Below are positions 29,238 through 39,249 of a DNA stretch of 64,000 bases, in pieces (within the stretch, counting starts at the first letter, position 1; the number at the start of each line of letters is the position of its first letter). The translations under genes were made by a program, and so were the position numbers. Location of the stretch: positions 800,001-864,000 of the forward strand of contig OY970280.1 in assembly GCA_963715865.1 (NCBI GenBank), in the 5' to 3' direction. Source of the stretch: Candidatus Bathyarchaeota archaeon (GTDB lineage Archaea; Thermoproteota; Bathyarchaeia; Bathyarchaeales; Bathycorpusculaceae). The notes beneath the pieces were generated by a model. The model was given only the letters and a program-made list of their open reading frames with translations. It did no database searches and was not told the origin of the DNA.

Positions 29238-30262
29238 CCGATAATGTTTACTGATTCAGGCTCTACGGATTTTAAGCCATTTACGTATGTGCAATTCAAG
29301 AAATTAGGAACAGCTGTTGCGTTGGTAAAGTTGTTTTGTATTAGCCAGCGTGATTCATCTTGCATAGCCAAAATAAGAGATTGATCAAGCGAAAGCGAAA
29401 ATCTGTATTGGGACCAAACCTCCTCGACGTATGCAGCAGTAAGGTTGAGGCGATTCTGCAGGATGATTTTTGCTTCAGCTGGGTGATAAATAATATATTG
29501 CTCAGCCTGAGCGAGCGAATTCAAGAATCGCTTTACCAATTCTGGATTGCTGGATATCCAATTGTTTGTGCTGACGGCGCAGTCAAACGCCGCCTGCCCA
29601 CTTTGGGCATCCCACATGACTGTGCTGTTACCTAGCCGATTTTCAATTGCTCCAACATAAGGCTGCCAAGCAACCACGGCGTCAACTGCTCCGTTTTCTA
29701 AGGCATCTTCTACTTGTGAAGGAGTAACATTAACAAGGCTTATTTGGTCAAGATCCATGCCGTTTAGCTCAAGAAATCTGCCAAGATAAAACTCTGACGC
29801 CGTTTGCACCGACAAACCAACTTTTTTTCCTGCTAGGTCTGTAACGTTTTCGATTCCTCGGTCTTTGTTGCCAACGATATAAATCTGTAGGAATTTATCG
29901 ATAACCCCGAAGGTCTGGATGCTCTGGTTTGCCAACGCATTATTGGCAACGACGAACTCGGTTGCTGTGGCAACGTTTACTTCGCCATTTAGCATTCCAT
30001 TAACCGCAGCTGAACCGGAAGCGTAATCTTTGATAGTTACGTTGAGCCCATTTGCCGCAAAGTAGCTTTGGTTTTCAGCAACGTAGACTAGGAGGTTAAC
30101 CTGATTAGGCTCCATTCCAACAATGAGTGATTCAACGTTTCCTACGTAGCCGCGCTGGGAATTGAGGTAAAGAAAAGAACCGAGCACTAATGCCACGATT
30201 AAGACGATAACTGTTAATATTATTGAAAACCGTTTTAGTGGTCTTATGTTAATTTGAGTCAT
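29234..30262 (-). CDS. ABC-type substrate-binding protein, SsuA/THI5(NMT1)-like
   Basis: N-terminal TM, VAENQSYFAANGL, DLAGKKVG, VDAVVAWQPY; 4-nt overlap with the kinase gene. Confidence 0.88.
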   Translation of the reverse strand: MTQINIRPLKRFSIILTVIVLIVALVLGSFLYLNSQRGYVGNVESLIVGMEPNQVNLLVYVAENQSYFAANGLNVTIKDYASGSAAVNGMLNGEVNVATATEFVVANNALANQSIQTFGVIDKFLQIYIVGNKDRGIENVTDLAGKKVGLSVQTASEFYLGRFLELNGMDLDQISLVNVTPSQVEDALENGAVDAVVAWQPYVGAIENRLGNSTVMWDAQSGQAAFDCAVSTNNWISSNPELVKRFLNSLAQAEQYIIYHPAEAKIILQNRLNLTAAYVEEVWSQYRFSLSLDQSLILAMQDESRWLIQNNFTNATAVPNFLNCTYVNGLKSVEPESVNIIG

Positions 30263-30568
30263 ATGAACTTCACATTAGATTACAGCGCATAAATAGCTAT
30301 TAAAAATAACCAAAGCCACTAGTTCATATTAACCTTTTCAATCTCTGACAATATCTGCTTGAGAAGCTACTGATTATACTTCAATTATCGCTCTGACTAC
30401 CCTTTTTCCTTGTGTTTGAACAGATTTTTCAGTGGCCTCATATCAAAAAGTAAACTCAAAGAAATCGGCAATTTCTACAGCAGCAAACCAAGCAATCTAA
30501 CTTATATCTAAAAGTAAGTTAACATTAGCTAATCAAACGAAGAAACACCAATTAAAGAAGTGCACTGA

Positions 30569-31765
30569 ATGGGAAAGTTTCGGTTAGCCGTCTTCAACAC
30601 TCAGCCGCCTCACTTGTACTTTGGAGGAGTGGAAAGGCGGATAATCGAAACAGCCAAGCGACTGCAAAACCAAGCGGACATCACCGTTTACAGCGGCACT
30701 AAAGCAGGCTTCAAAAAACCCGAGGCTATTGATGGCGTAAGGTTGGTTCCGTGTTTTTCAACGGATAAGCTTTTTCCATTGGATAACTGGTTTTTCAACA
30801 GAAGCATAGCCAAAAAAGCAGTCGCTATCAACGCTGATATTTATGAAGCCCACGCGGTAAGCGGCTATGGACTTTTAAAAGCGTTAAACAAGCAAGGCAT
30901 CAAAAAGCCATTCGTACATACGATTCACGGTGTCCTCGCTGACGAATATGAACAAGCAAGAGAAAACGAGTATCAATCATTCAGGAGCAGGATTGCTAAC
31001 TATTTCATGCATCGGCTTGCCAAATTAGAAGGAGAAACAGCGAAAAACGCAAAGCTAATAGTCACAATAAGCAAATACTCGCTTGAAAAAATAGAGAATC
31101 ATTATGGTGTTGACGCAGCAAAGGTCAGGATTGTTCCAAACGGCGTTGACACAGAAAAATTCAAGCCAGTTGCAGAGACAGACAGAGAGGGGAGTAGGAG
31201 ACGGTTTGGGTTAGGCAGTGAGCCCTGCGTGCTTTTTGTAGGCAGTTTAATACCTCGGAAAGGCTTGCCTTTTCTGGTTGAAGCAGCAAAAAAAATCGTC
31301 AAAAAATACAGTGAAACCAAGTTTGTAATCGTCGGTGAAGGACCATTAAAAAACCGACTGCTCAGTAACCTTGCGACTGCTAATCTTTCAGGCAACTTCA
31401 CGTTTTTAGGCAACGTTAAAGAGGATATGCTTCCAACCTTGTATAATTGCGCTGACGTGCTTGCTTTGCCGTCAATTCAGGAAGGGCAAGGCATAGTGCT
31501 GCTTGAAGCGCAAGCATCAGCTAAGCCCGTTGTGGCTTTTGACGTTGGCGGAGTCAACGAAGCCGTTCGCAACGGCGAAACAGGTTTACTTGTTAAGCGA
31601 GGCAGCAGTGAAGAGTTGGCGGATGCGTTGTTGAAGCTTCTTTCAGACAAGGCTTTACGTGAAAAAATGGGCGCTAACGGTCGAAGATTTGTTACTGAAA
31701 ACTTTACTTGGGATATTTGTGCTCAAAAAATGCTTAACGTTTACCATGAAGCGTTAGCAATATGA
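30569..31765 (+). CDS. Glycosyltransferase family 4
   Basis: GGVERR, IVPNGVD, GSLIPRKG and EGQGIVLLEAQASAKP motifs. Confidence 0.95.
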   Translation: MGKFRLAVFNTQPPHLYFGGVERRIIETAKRLQNQADITVYSGTKAGFKKPEAIDGVRLVPCFSTDKLFPLDNWFFNRSIAKKAVAINADIYEAHAVSGYGLLKALNKQGIKKPFVHTIHGVLADEYEQARENEYQSFRSRIANYFMHRLAKLEGETAKNAKLIVTISKYSLEKIENHYGVDAAKVRIVPNGVDTEKFKPVAETDREGSRRRFGLGSEPCVLFVGSLIPRKGLPFLVEAAKKIVKKYSETKFVIVGEGPLKNRLLSNLATANLSGNFTFLGNVKEDMLPTLYNCADVLALPSIQEGQGIVLLEAQASAKPVVAFDVGGVNEAVRNGETGLLVKRGSSEELADALLKLLSDKALREKMGANGRRFVTENFTWDICAQKMLNVYHEALAI

Positions 31766-32290
31766 GACGTTGACTGATTTTGCTAACTTTTTAAAGTCGT
31801 ACTCGCTCATCCACTCGGTTTTAAGGTACAAGCAGATTCTTTCCTCGCTCAAGCCGAGGCGTCTTGCTTCTTGAACGGTGTAACGGTAAGCTTCAATCTC
31901 TGTGGGGCGTTCAACATATTCGTATCTTGGGTCAAAGAGTTCTTTGCCTTCGATAAACTGTTTAACATGGTATAACTCATGGATTAGGTCCAAGTAAATG
32001 TCAGTTTTATTGCCATTGCTAAGGTAATTTTTGCTTATTACAAGGTGACCATCGGAGCCGTCCACATACATGTAGCCGCCAACCCAGCTGAGCTCAACCT
32101 TGAGGTGATGAAGAACTTCCTCGGTCTTTTCGCCAAAAATACCTTTTACTGAGCCAAGTTTCTCAAAATCCTTGAAATACTCTGCGAAAATTACAGTGGA
32201 GCTTCCAATGCTAAGTACGTTAACGGGGAGTCTTCTAAACAAACGCAATATTCTAAATGTGACGTATTCTACTGCTGGCAAAGCATACAA
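31754..32290 (-). CDS. Putative zincin-like metalloprotein (HEXXH)
   Basis: LIHELYHVKQ followed by PTEIEAY (possible third-ligand Glu); start uncertain. Confidence 0.6.
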   Translation of the reverse strand: MYALPAVEYVTFRILRLFRRLPVNVLSIGSSTVIFAEYFKDFEKLGSVKGIFGEKTEEVLHHLKVELSWVGGYMYVDGSDGHLVISKNYLSNGNKTDIYLDLIHELYHVKQFIEGKELFDPRYEYVERPTEIEAYRYTVQEARRLGLSEERICLYLKTEWMSEYDFKKLAKSVNVSYC

Positions 32291-32296
32291 CCGCTC

Positions 32297-33658
32297 CTAT
32301 TTGAAATCGAGATACTCAAGCCTCATTCCTCGACGCACCAAATCAGCAAGGTTTTCTACGGTTCCTACACTGGCGTCAATGTTACGGTGTACTGGGTGAC
32401 CCCACATGCCTTCTGGGGCAAGGTTAAACTGTAAAGGTACTTCCGTTATAACGTTATATTTTTGGTTCAAATTTTTAATCAATTTTCCCTCTCTGCAAGC
32501 AGTACGGGCACAAGAGTAGCTTTGCAACAATTGAGGAGAAGCAAAGGCACCGACGCCATGCCAAAGCGCCGCATCCTCAGGTGAACCTAAAGAATAAAGA
32601 AAGAATTGGGGTGTAGATGGCGTCTCCGAAAAACTGTAATCGGCCAGTTTTTCTCCCACTATAGTGAAACTATCCTCTGCTTCTGCAACCGCAATATCAG
32701 TTGGGTCGATGCCGTTGGGGTAAAGCATAGTGGTTTTGTATTTGACCACAACATCCAGCAGCTTGCTGCCTTCAAAGTGTATTTTGCCGCGAGCTGCCCG
32801 TTTGGAGCCATAGCCTTTCTTTGAATGAGGCACCGTCAGCAGAGTGGTTCGTTTCGTCATGCTTCTGCCCATGCAAGAGTAAGCTTGTTCGACAGCTTCG
32901 TAATCGCGGTGACTCTCACTGATAATGTAATGCAGTAAGCCATCTTTTCTTTCTGCTTGCAAGGTTGAAAGAGGCATGCGTAGGGCACTAAGTGACAGGT
33001 CCATGCCTAAAAATTCAGATAGCTTCTCAAGCTGGTTGTATTTTAGCGAATCAACAAAATCCAAGTAAGAACCTTTAGCGTCCTTAAGGCTGTTGCCAAT
33101 TAGTTCTGCTTCTTTTTTAGAGATTAAAGTTCCGACATACTTTCTCACGAACGCCTCATCAACTTTTAGCTGGTCAGTTTTTACATATACTGCAGGAAAC
33201 GCGCTTTGCCCACTGGCTACAATGGAATATTTCAGAGGATTCATGGAGTACCGGTCTGGCTCCACATCATCAGTATTCAGCAAGAAAGGAACAGCACAGC
33301 CTTCAGGCGTCTTCTTCAACATCTCGCAAAGCTGAACAACATCGCTGCCGTTTGGTTCATGCAGACCATACTCGACAAAGTAGTTTCCGCAAACTTCAAG
33401 CAGGCGTACACCAATAATTCCCTGAACTTCCTCAACGGTCAACTGAGGATTCGTGTACTCAACTGAGCTTCTTAAAAAAAACCGGTTACCCTCAAATTGA
33501 ACGTTGACTTTTTGATCATTAACATAACGAAATAATGTTACCTGCCTGGTGCGTTTCTCCTCTCTGAAACTGCTTAGCTTTTCAACCATGACTTTTACGG
33601 TTGACCAAGAATTCTTAATAAAATCTTCAAGCAAAATCTTACAGTAATCTTCATGCAT
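32297..33658 (-). CDS. Hypothetical protein of unknown function (453 aa)
   Basis: Long ORF with 5-6 nt gaps to both neighbours; no recognisable motif. Confidence 0.75.
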   Translation of the reverse strand: MHEDYCKILLEDFIKNSWSTVKVMVEKLSSFREEKRTRQVTLFRYVNDQKVNVQFEGNRFFLRSSVEYTNPQLTVEEVQGIIGVRLLEVCGNYFVEYGLHEPNGSDVVQLCEMLKKTPEGCAVPFLLNTDDVEPDRYSMNPLKYSIVASGQSAFPAVYVKTDQLKVDEAFVRKYVGTLISKKEAELIGNSLKDAKGSYLDFVDSLKYNQLEKLSEFLGMDLSLSALRMPLSTLQAERKDGLLHYIISESHRDYEAVEQAYSCMGRSMTKRTTLLTVPHSKKGYGSKRAARGKIHFEGSKLLDVVVKYKTTMLYPNGIDPTDIAVAEAEDSFTIVGEKLADYSFSETPSTPQFFLYSLGSPEDAALWHGVGAFASPQLLQSYSCARTACREGKLIKNLNQKYNVITEVPLQFNLAPEGMWGHPVHRNIDASVGTVENLADLVRRGMRLEYLDFK

Positions 33659-33663
33659 AAATA

Positions 33664-34503
33664 TTAACCTCTTTCTAAAGATTCAGCCATGTATATACAA
33701 TTTTTCGCAACAGCTTGACCTAAAAACATTCTTGATACACAAAAACCTTCCTTAAAACCAAAACTTGAAAGCATATCCGCAAGAGCAGACTCCCTTTTTG
33801 GTAGAAACACGTAAACGCTCAAGCCGGTTAGTTTTCCAAGAACCGTTTTAAGAAGCGAAGCAGCGACATCAACATGACCCTCTTGGCATATTAATGGTCC
33901 AATCTCAGCCATTTTCTCATAAACCTTAGCCGCCACATACCCCACAACCTCATTATCCGCAAACTTACAATAGCTTAAATTACCCGCTTCGAGAATGATG
34001 GATTCCAGCAGTTTTTTCCTGTTTCCACCAAAACATCGGCTATCAAACTCTGCTATTGCCTGAATTTGCTGCGTTCCCACTTTTGGCAGAGTTTCAGCAG
34101 TCAAGGAATCAAGGGTTTCTGCACGCAAAACGGAAAAATCCTCATCACGTTCGAAACCAAATTTGCTGTAGAAGCCAATCAGGTTTGGATAAGCGTAAAG
34201 CCCAATGGTTTCGACACCTTTGCTTTGCAAATAGTTTACTGCGTGCTTTACAAGTAGGCTTCCTACACCCTTGTTTCGATATTTTTCTTTAACTATTAAG
34301 TTGCCAAACCAGCCTACTTTGCCGTAACTGATGCTTGTAGCTATGCCTAAGCGTTCCGAACCCTGAAAAACAACAAAACAGCCCTCTGGTTCAAGCGAAG
34401 ATAGAAACTCAAAATCTTCTGTTGCCATGTTCCAGTTCATAGTGTTGGCTAGTATAGTTGCAAACGGAAAATCATCAAAGCTCATTGGCTTCACTTGAAA
34501 CAT
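33664..34503 (-). CDS. GNAT family N-acetyltransferase (tandem-domain, YitH-like)
   Basis: IVKEKYRNKGVGSLL (motif A) and FYSKFGF (motif B), plus a second domain with IGPL. Confidence 0.9.
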   Translation of the reverse strand: MFQVKPMSFDDFPFATILANTMNWNMATEDFEFLSSLEPEGCFVVFQGSERLGIATSISYGKVGWFGNLIVKEKYRNKGVGSLLVKHAVNYLQSKGVETIGLYAYPNLIGFYSKFGFERDEDFSVLRAETLDSLTAETLPKVGTQQIQAIAEFDSRCFGGNRKKLLESIILEAGNLSYCKFADNEVVGYVAAKVYEKMAEIGPLICQEGHVDVAASLLKTVLGKLTGLSVYVFLPKRESALADMLSSFGFKEGFCVSRMFLGQAVAKNCIYMAESLERG

Positions 34504-34709
34504 AAAAAATACACTGTTATCTCTAGGAATTAAGTATTTGAACCTAAGTAAAAGTTTTTTCCACTATCTATAATAACTGTAGCTAGGTTTTCATTTTCTA
34601 ATATACAAATGACAAATAGCCACAATGTTGAGTTGACTTCAGTCTCAGTTCTTACCGCTGGTGGATCAAGCTTTACGGTTAGTTATCTAGCAGGCAGGTA
34701 AAAAGTAGA

Positions 34710-35240
34710 CTATTGGCCAGCAGAAATGGCTGCTGAAAGAGCCTCAGAACTCTTCTGAATTTCCTTTGTTACACTTGAGAGCAGTTTTATGCGGTTCTCT
34801 AATTTGCGTTTTTGCATGCTTGTTAAACTCTTGAATTTTGGCATGACATCTCCGACAACTGCCATCATAAGGTCGCGGTTTTTTTCTTCGCTTAAGTCTT
34901 TGAGCTCGAGGTGGCCGTCTTCAAACTGTAATACCAAGTGTCCTGTTGGATCAACATGCGCCTGAACTACATCTCCAACTTGAGCTGGAAGTGCTAATTG
35001 ATTTACAGCTATCGAGGGAGCTAGGGGTTGCATGAGTTTAAAGAGGGATGAGAAAAATTGAGCTACCAGTATTTTTTCTTCAGAGCTAAGTTCGCTTATT
35101 TGGCCAATGTCGTCAGCTGTGCTTTTTAGGGATTCAACAAGTTCTTGGATTGTCACCTGCTTTTTCTTCTCAGATTGTTTGAGTTCTTGTGAAGCGAAGA
35201 GTTCTGCAGGCTCTTCCTTAACTGCCACTTCTTGAGTCAA
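34710..35240 (-). CDS. Hypothetical coiled-coil-rich protein
   Basis: Heptad-like E/K/Q-rich ends around a short beta-rich core; TTG start. Confidence 0.65.
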   Translation of the reverse strand: MTQEVAVKEEPAELFASQELKQSEKKKQVTIQELVESLKSTADDIGQISELSSEEKILVAQFFSSLFKLMQPLAPSIAVNQLALPAQVGDVVQAHVDPTGHLVLQFEDGHLELKDLSEEKNRDLMMAVVGDVMPKFKSLTSMQKRKLENRIKLLSSVTKEIQKSSEALSAAISAGQ

Positions 35241-35441
35241 TGTTGATCGAATGGTGATAGCGTTTCCTAGACAGAAAAGTGCTTGTATGTCTCAGAGTCT
35301 ATGCACAGAAATTTTAGGCCCTTTCCTGCAATGTGGAAGCAGGATTGAATAGTACATGTTACGGCATATACCAAGTAGTAATACATAATACTTATCTATC
35401 TGATTGCGAAACCAATTAACACATAGAGGCGGCGCTTCCCA

Positions 35442-36467
35442 ATGAGTTATGGACACCAAGGACTTAAAGAAAAAGCAGATGCAAGCAGGGTACAAGAGGT
35501 TTCCTCTCTTAAAAAGGACAAGTTTAAGGTAACCGTATCCTTGGATAAAGAGCGCCCCATGTCCAAATCACCATTATACGAAAAATACGACATACAAAAG
35601 TATGACCTTATTCCGAACTTCAATTTTGCCCACTTAGACGGCATGATACCGAAAAACACGCCTGAATACATTGACCATGGACAACACTATGTTGAACGCA
35701 TCGTGCGTGCACTGTACTATTTCAAGCAATGCAGCTTAATCGGACCATCAGGAACAGGCAAAACTCACATTGTTTACCTAGTGGCAGAACTCACAGGCTT
35801 GCCAATTTGGGAAGTCAACTGCGGCTTATCAACATCTTCATTTGACCTTATCGGACGATTCATCGGTTTAGGAAAAGAAAACTGGGTAGATGGACTGCTA
35901 ACCCAATGGCTAAGAAAAGGCGGCATCATGTACCTCGACGAAGCTAACATGATGAAGCAGGACGTTGCCACCAGATTAAACCCAGTTTTGGATACTCGAG
36001 GCCACCTAGTGCTAAACGAAAAAGACAGCGAAGTAATCGAGCGCCATAAGTACGGGTACCTGATCATTAGCATGAACCCTGCGACAGCTGAATTCTCAGG
36101 AACAAAACCGTTAAACGCTGCCATGAGACGACGCATGGCTGTCTGGATAAACTTTGATTTCTTAAGCGTCGGAGAAACCATCTCACCACATGAGGTGGAG
36201 ATGCTGCGTAAAAGAACAAAGATTGATCAGGATATGGCTTATAAAATCATTCAAGCTGGCGCCGAGTTAAGAAGACAATACAAAGCTGGCGACTTGCCTT
36301 ATGGGCCCTCTTTAGGTGACTTAATCAATTGGGCTACTTTGGTGAATGATGGAAATACTCCTTTAGACGCAGCTGAGGAAACTATAATCGGGTTAACCAG
36401 CGATAACGTTGAAGTTCAAGCTGATGTGAGGAGAATCATCGAGGCAGTTTTCAATAAATCGCAATAA
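35442..36467 (+). CDS. MoxR-type AAA+ ATPase (CbbQ/NirQ/NorQ/GvpN-like)
   Basis: Walker A GPSGTGKT, Walker B YLDEANM, SMNP and AAMRRR motifs. Confidence 0.92.
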   Translation: MSYGHQGLKEKADASRVQEVSSLKKDKFKVTVSLDKERPMSKSPLYEKYDIQKYDLIPNFNFAHLDGMIPKNTPEYIDHGQHYVERIVRALYYFKQCSLIGPSGTGKTHIVYLVAELTGLPIWEVNCGLSTSSFDLIGRFIGLGKENWVDGLLTQWLRKGGIMYLDEANMMKQDVATRLNPVLDTRGHLVLNEKDSEVIERHKYGYLIISMNPATAEFSGTKPLNAAMRRRMAVWINFDFLSVGETISPHEVEMLRKRTKIDQDMAYKIIQAGAELRRQYKAGDLPYGPSLGDLINWATLVNDGNTPLDAAEETIIGLTSDNVEVQADVRRIIEAVFNKSQ

Positions 36468-36484
36468 TCCGGAGTTATTGTATT

Positions 36485-38203
36485 TTGGGATTAATTGATT
36501 ACGCTTGGTCGGTTTCTTTCCAGAAAGATAACACTAAAGTAAAAATTCTTCAGGACGCAGCCCTAGTTCAGCCTGTTCTCCAGATTGATAATTTTGGGTT
36601 TACTATCAAACTCCCAACAGTTCACTTGTTGGAAGATGGGAATATTTCATTCCTTGGATACAAGTTTGCCGCAAACAATTCAGGTAAATCTAAAGTGGGG
36701 CGGTTATTTAGGGCGTCAGTTTTACACCTGACAACTCACACTTTTGCTCCGTTTCCCAAAGAAAAAATCGCTCCTAAAGAATCAGACCCAATCACCGAAG
36801 CATTCGCCAAATCGCTAATCAACGACACTTACATCAACGCCTATATTCAAGCGTTGTATCCCGATAGATTTTTTGACATTGCTTATGCAAATGCGCTGGC
36901 TTACCAAAAAATAAAATCGTCAGAGAGAATCTTTACCTCTTCAACAAAACTTATGGCGGCTTTACTAACAAAACTTAACACAGGCTTAATCAAAAATTCT
37001 CCCGGCGTAGAAGAAGAGCAAACAGTAAATCAATTATTCAACGACTTAATGGCTCTCAAGGAAACGTTCTTAGTTTCGATAGCTGGCGAACAGATTAAAC
37101 TGGAAGAATTATTCGACGAAAAGGTTAAAGATATAAAGCGTTTGCTTGAGCCTTTTGGCCCATTTTTGGAAGCACCCTCACTTCGACACACTGAAAGCAA
37201 CGGGCGCTGCAGTATTTACAGCGAAACGGAAACATCTGGAGATAATGATTTTGAAAGCCTATTTGCGCAATCCCTCATGAGCTTAGGCGGCACTGTACCT
37301 GCCTTAGATAACATAGACCAATGTTGGAGACCAGAACAGGACGCAGAGGCCTTACAAGCATTTAATTCTGACCATTACCAGAAGCAACGTGAGGCAAAAA
37401 TACTTTCAAAAATCAACCCCTATATAGCTTTGACTAGATTTAGGTCAGTTTCTTTTCCTGAGGAAGATTACACTCAATATCTTAGAGCTAGAAGTTTGGT
37501 GCAAGGGGCAAGCCGGCGACTTCTTGATATCCTTCGCTCAGGCTTTAATTATCTTGATGAGGACCCAAGGCAAGAGATGGGTCAACTAGATTTAGCTGCT
37601 GTAATTCAATCCTTGGCAAGTAACAAACCAGCGACAGATGTGTTTTTCCTTGATGAGTATCTTAAGCCAAGTTTCGCTTGGTCCTTAATTTTTGACGTCA
37701 GCAGCAGCATGCAGGTGAAAGGAGAAGATGGTCGAGCATTAGCTATAGCTGCGGCTGAGGCAGTGAAAGACTTAATGACTGATCCGACTTCCTGGTCATT
37801 CTTCGCTTTCAGCGACAAACTCTACATACTTAAGGATAGTACGGAATCTTATTCAAAAAGGGTTAGTGCTAGAATTGGCGGCCTGAAATTTGAAGGGCTC
37901 ACTTTCATTCCTGATGCGGTTCAGATGGCGGGAAAAATGCTGGCTAAAAGGTTTGAAGAACAGCGCTGCTTAATAGTTATCTCTGATGGTTGGCCATATG
38001 GCTATCCCAACATGCCACTAGCATTGAAGGAATGTGTTGATGACTTATTAAAGAAAGGAGTTATAGTTATAGGAATTGGAGTAGAAACAGAGAGAATGGG
38101 CAATTTCTTCCGAGTGCACGCCTCTGTTTACACTCAAAAAGATCTCATCAACAAGTTCGGCGCAGTATATGCTAATGCGTGTGAAAAAGCACTTGAAACA
38201 TGA
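36485..38203 (+). CDS. VWA domain protein (NorD/CbbO-like)
   Basis: C-terminal MIDAS DVSSSM, GLT..PDA and IVISDGWP; immediately downstream of the AAA gene; TTG start. Confidence 0.88.
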   Translation: MGLIDYAWSVSFQKDNTKVKILQDAALVQPVLQIDNFGFTIKLPTVHLLEDGNISFLGYKFAANNSGKSKVGRLFRASVLHLTTHTFAPFPKEKIAPKESDPITEAFAKSLINDTYINAYIQALYPDRFFDIAYANALAYQKIKSSERIFTSSTKLMAALLTKLNTGLIKNSPGVEEEQTVNQLFNDLMALKETFLVSIAGEQIKLEELFDEKVKDIKRLLEPFGPFLEAPSLRHTESNGRCSIYSETETSGDNDFESLFAQSLMSLGGTVPALDNIDQCWRPEQDAEALQAFNSDHYQKQREAKILSKINPYIALTRFRSVSFPEEDYTQYLRARSLVQGASRRLLDILRSGFNYLDEDPRQEMGQLDLAAVIQSLASNKPATDVFFLDEYLKPSFAWSLIFDVSSSMQVKGEDGRALAIAAAEAVKDLMTDPTSWSFFAFSDKLYILKDSTESYSKRVSARIGGLKFEGLTFIPDAVQMAGKMLAKRFEEQRCLIVISDGWPYGYPNMPLALKECVDDLLKKGVIVIGIGVETERMGNFFRVHASVYTQKDLINKFGAVYANACEKALET

Positions 38204-38305
38204 CTAGGTTAAGACTTTTTTGTGGAGTTCTGATTCGAGAATAAAATATGAATTCTGGATTCAGATTTTGAAGTCGTAATTATAAAATATATAATTTGTC
38301 AGTAT

Positions 38306-39235
38306 TTGGTAGTCATATCCGAATCGGAGAACCAAAAAATGAACCCCCAGATAGAGCTTGCAATGGAAAATGGCGAACTTACGAAAGTGTACGATAAACA
38401 AACTGAAGCATGGAAACTAGTCAAAAAAGACCAAACCTACAACAATCAACTAACAACTATTGAAGAAACACTTTCAAGGTTTGGACTGCTCAAAAACGAG
38501 ATTAAAGTCTACTTGCATCTTGCAAGAGCAGGTGAAAAGAAGGCTGGAGAGATAGCCGAAGCAATTTCGCTTCACCGAACTGAAACCTACCGAATCTTAA
38601 GGGATTTAGAGAAAAAAGGAATAGTTTTTTCTATTTTCGAGAAACCTCTAAAATTCACAGCTGTTCCCTTGGATAAAGCTATTGATTTGCTTGTAAATGC
38701 ACAAAAAATAAAGATTAAGCTTTTAGAACAAGAAAAAGCAAGCCTTGTAGAACTCTGGCAATCCATGCCTCAGCCGAAAGTTGCAGAGACGAAAAAAGAG
38801 CTTTTCCAAATGCTCGAGGGTGAACAGCAAGTACTAATGAAAGCTAATGAACTACTTGAAAGAACCGAAAAAGAATTTCAAGTATTCGCTTCAGCTGATT
38901 ATTTGTCTCAGCTGTACTACAGCGATTTTTCTGACAAGCTGAAGAATCAAGCTGACAAAGTTAATGTCACTTTGGTTACTGATAACTCGTTAAAAAGCGC
39001 TTATTTCATGGGGCAACTGCAATGGCTAAGTGAATCAAATAGAATCGTTGATGACCAAAACTTGCCGTGCTTTATGATTTCTGACAATAAAGAAGTGTTA
39101 ATCGCTTTTCATGAAAGAGACGCAACAAACGATGAAGATGTAAAAAAGAAGTATAAAACAGCGGCTATATGGACAAACTACGATGCCTTCGTTAAGGTCT
39201 TGCGAATGCTATTCTCTAAACTGGCGGAAACATAA
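38306..39235 (+). CDS. TrmB family transcriptional regulator
   Basis: FGLLKNEIKVYLHL...AGEIAEAISLHRTETYRILRDLEKKGIV HTH plus a C-terminal MISDNKEVL effector domain; alternative ATG at 38339. Confidence 0.9.
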   Translation: MVVISESENQKMNPQIELAMENGELTKVYDKQTEAWKLVKKDQTYNNQLTTIEETLSRFGLLKNEIKVYLHLARAGEKKAGEIAEAISLHRTETYRILRDLEKKGIVFSIFEKPLKFTAVPLDKAIDLLVNAQKIKIKLLEQEKASLVELWQSMPQPKVAETKKELFQMLEGEQQVLMKANELLERTEKEFQVFASADYLSQLYYSDFSDKLKNQADKVNVTLVTDNSLKSAYFMGQLQWLSESNRIVDDQNLPCFMISDNKEVLIAFHERDATNDEDVKKKYKTAAIWTNYDAFVKVLRMLFSKLAET

Positions 39236-39249
39236 ACCGTGAAGTGCAA

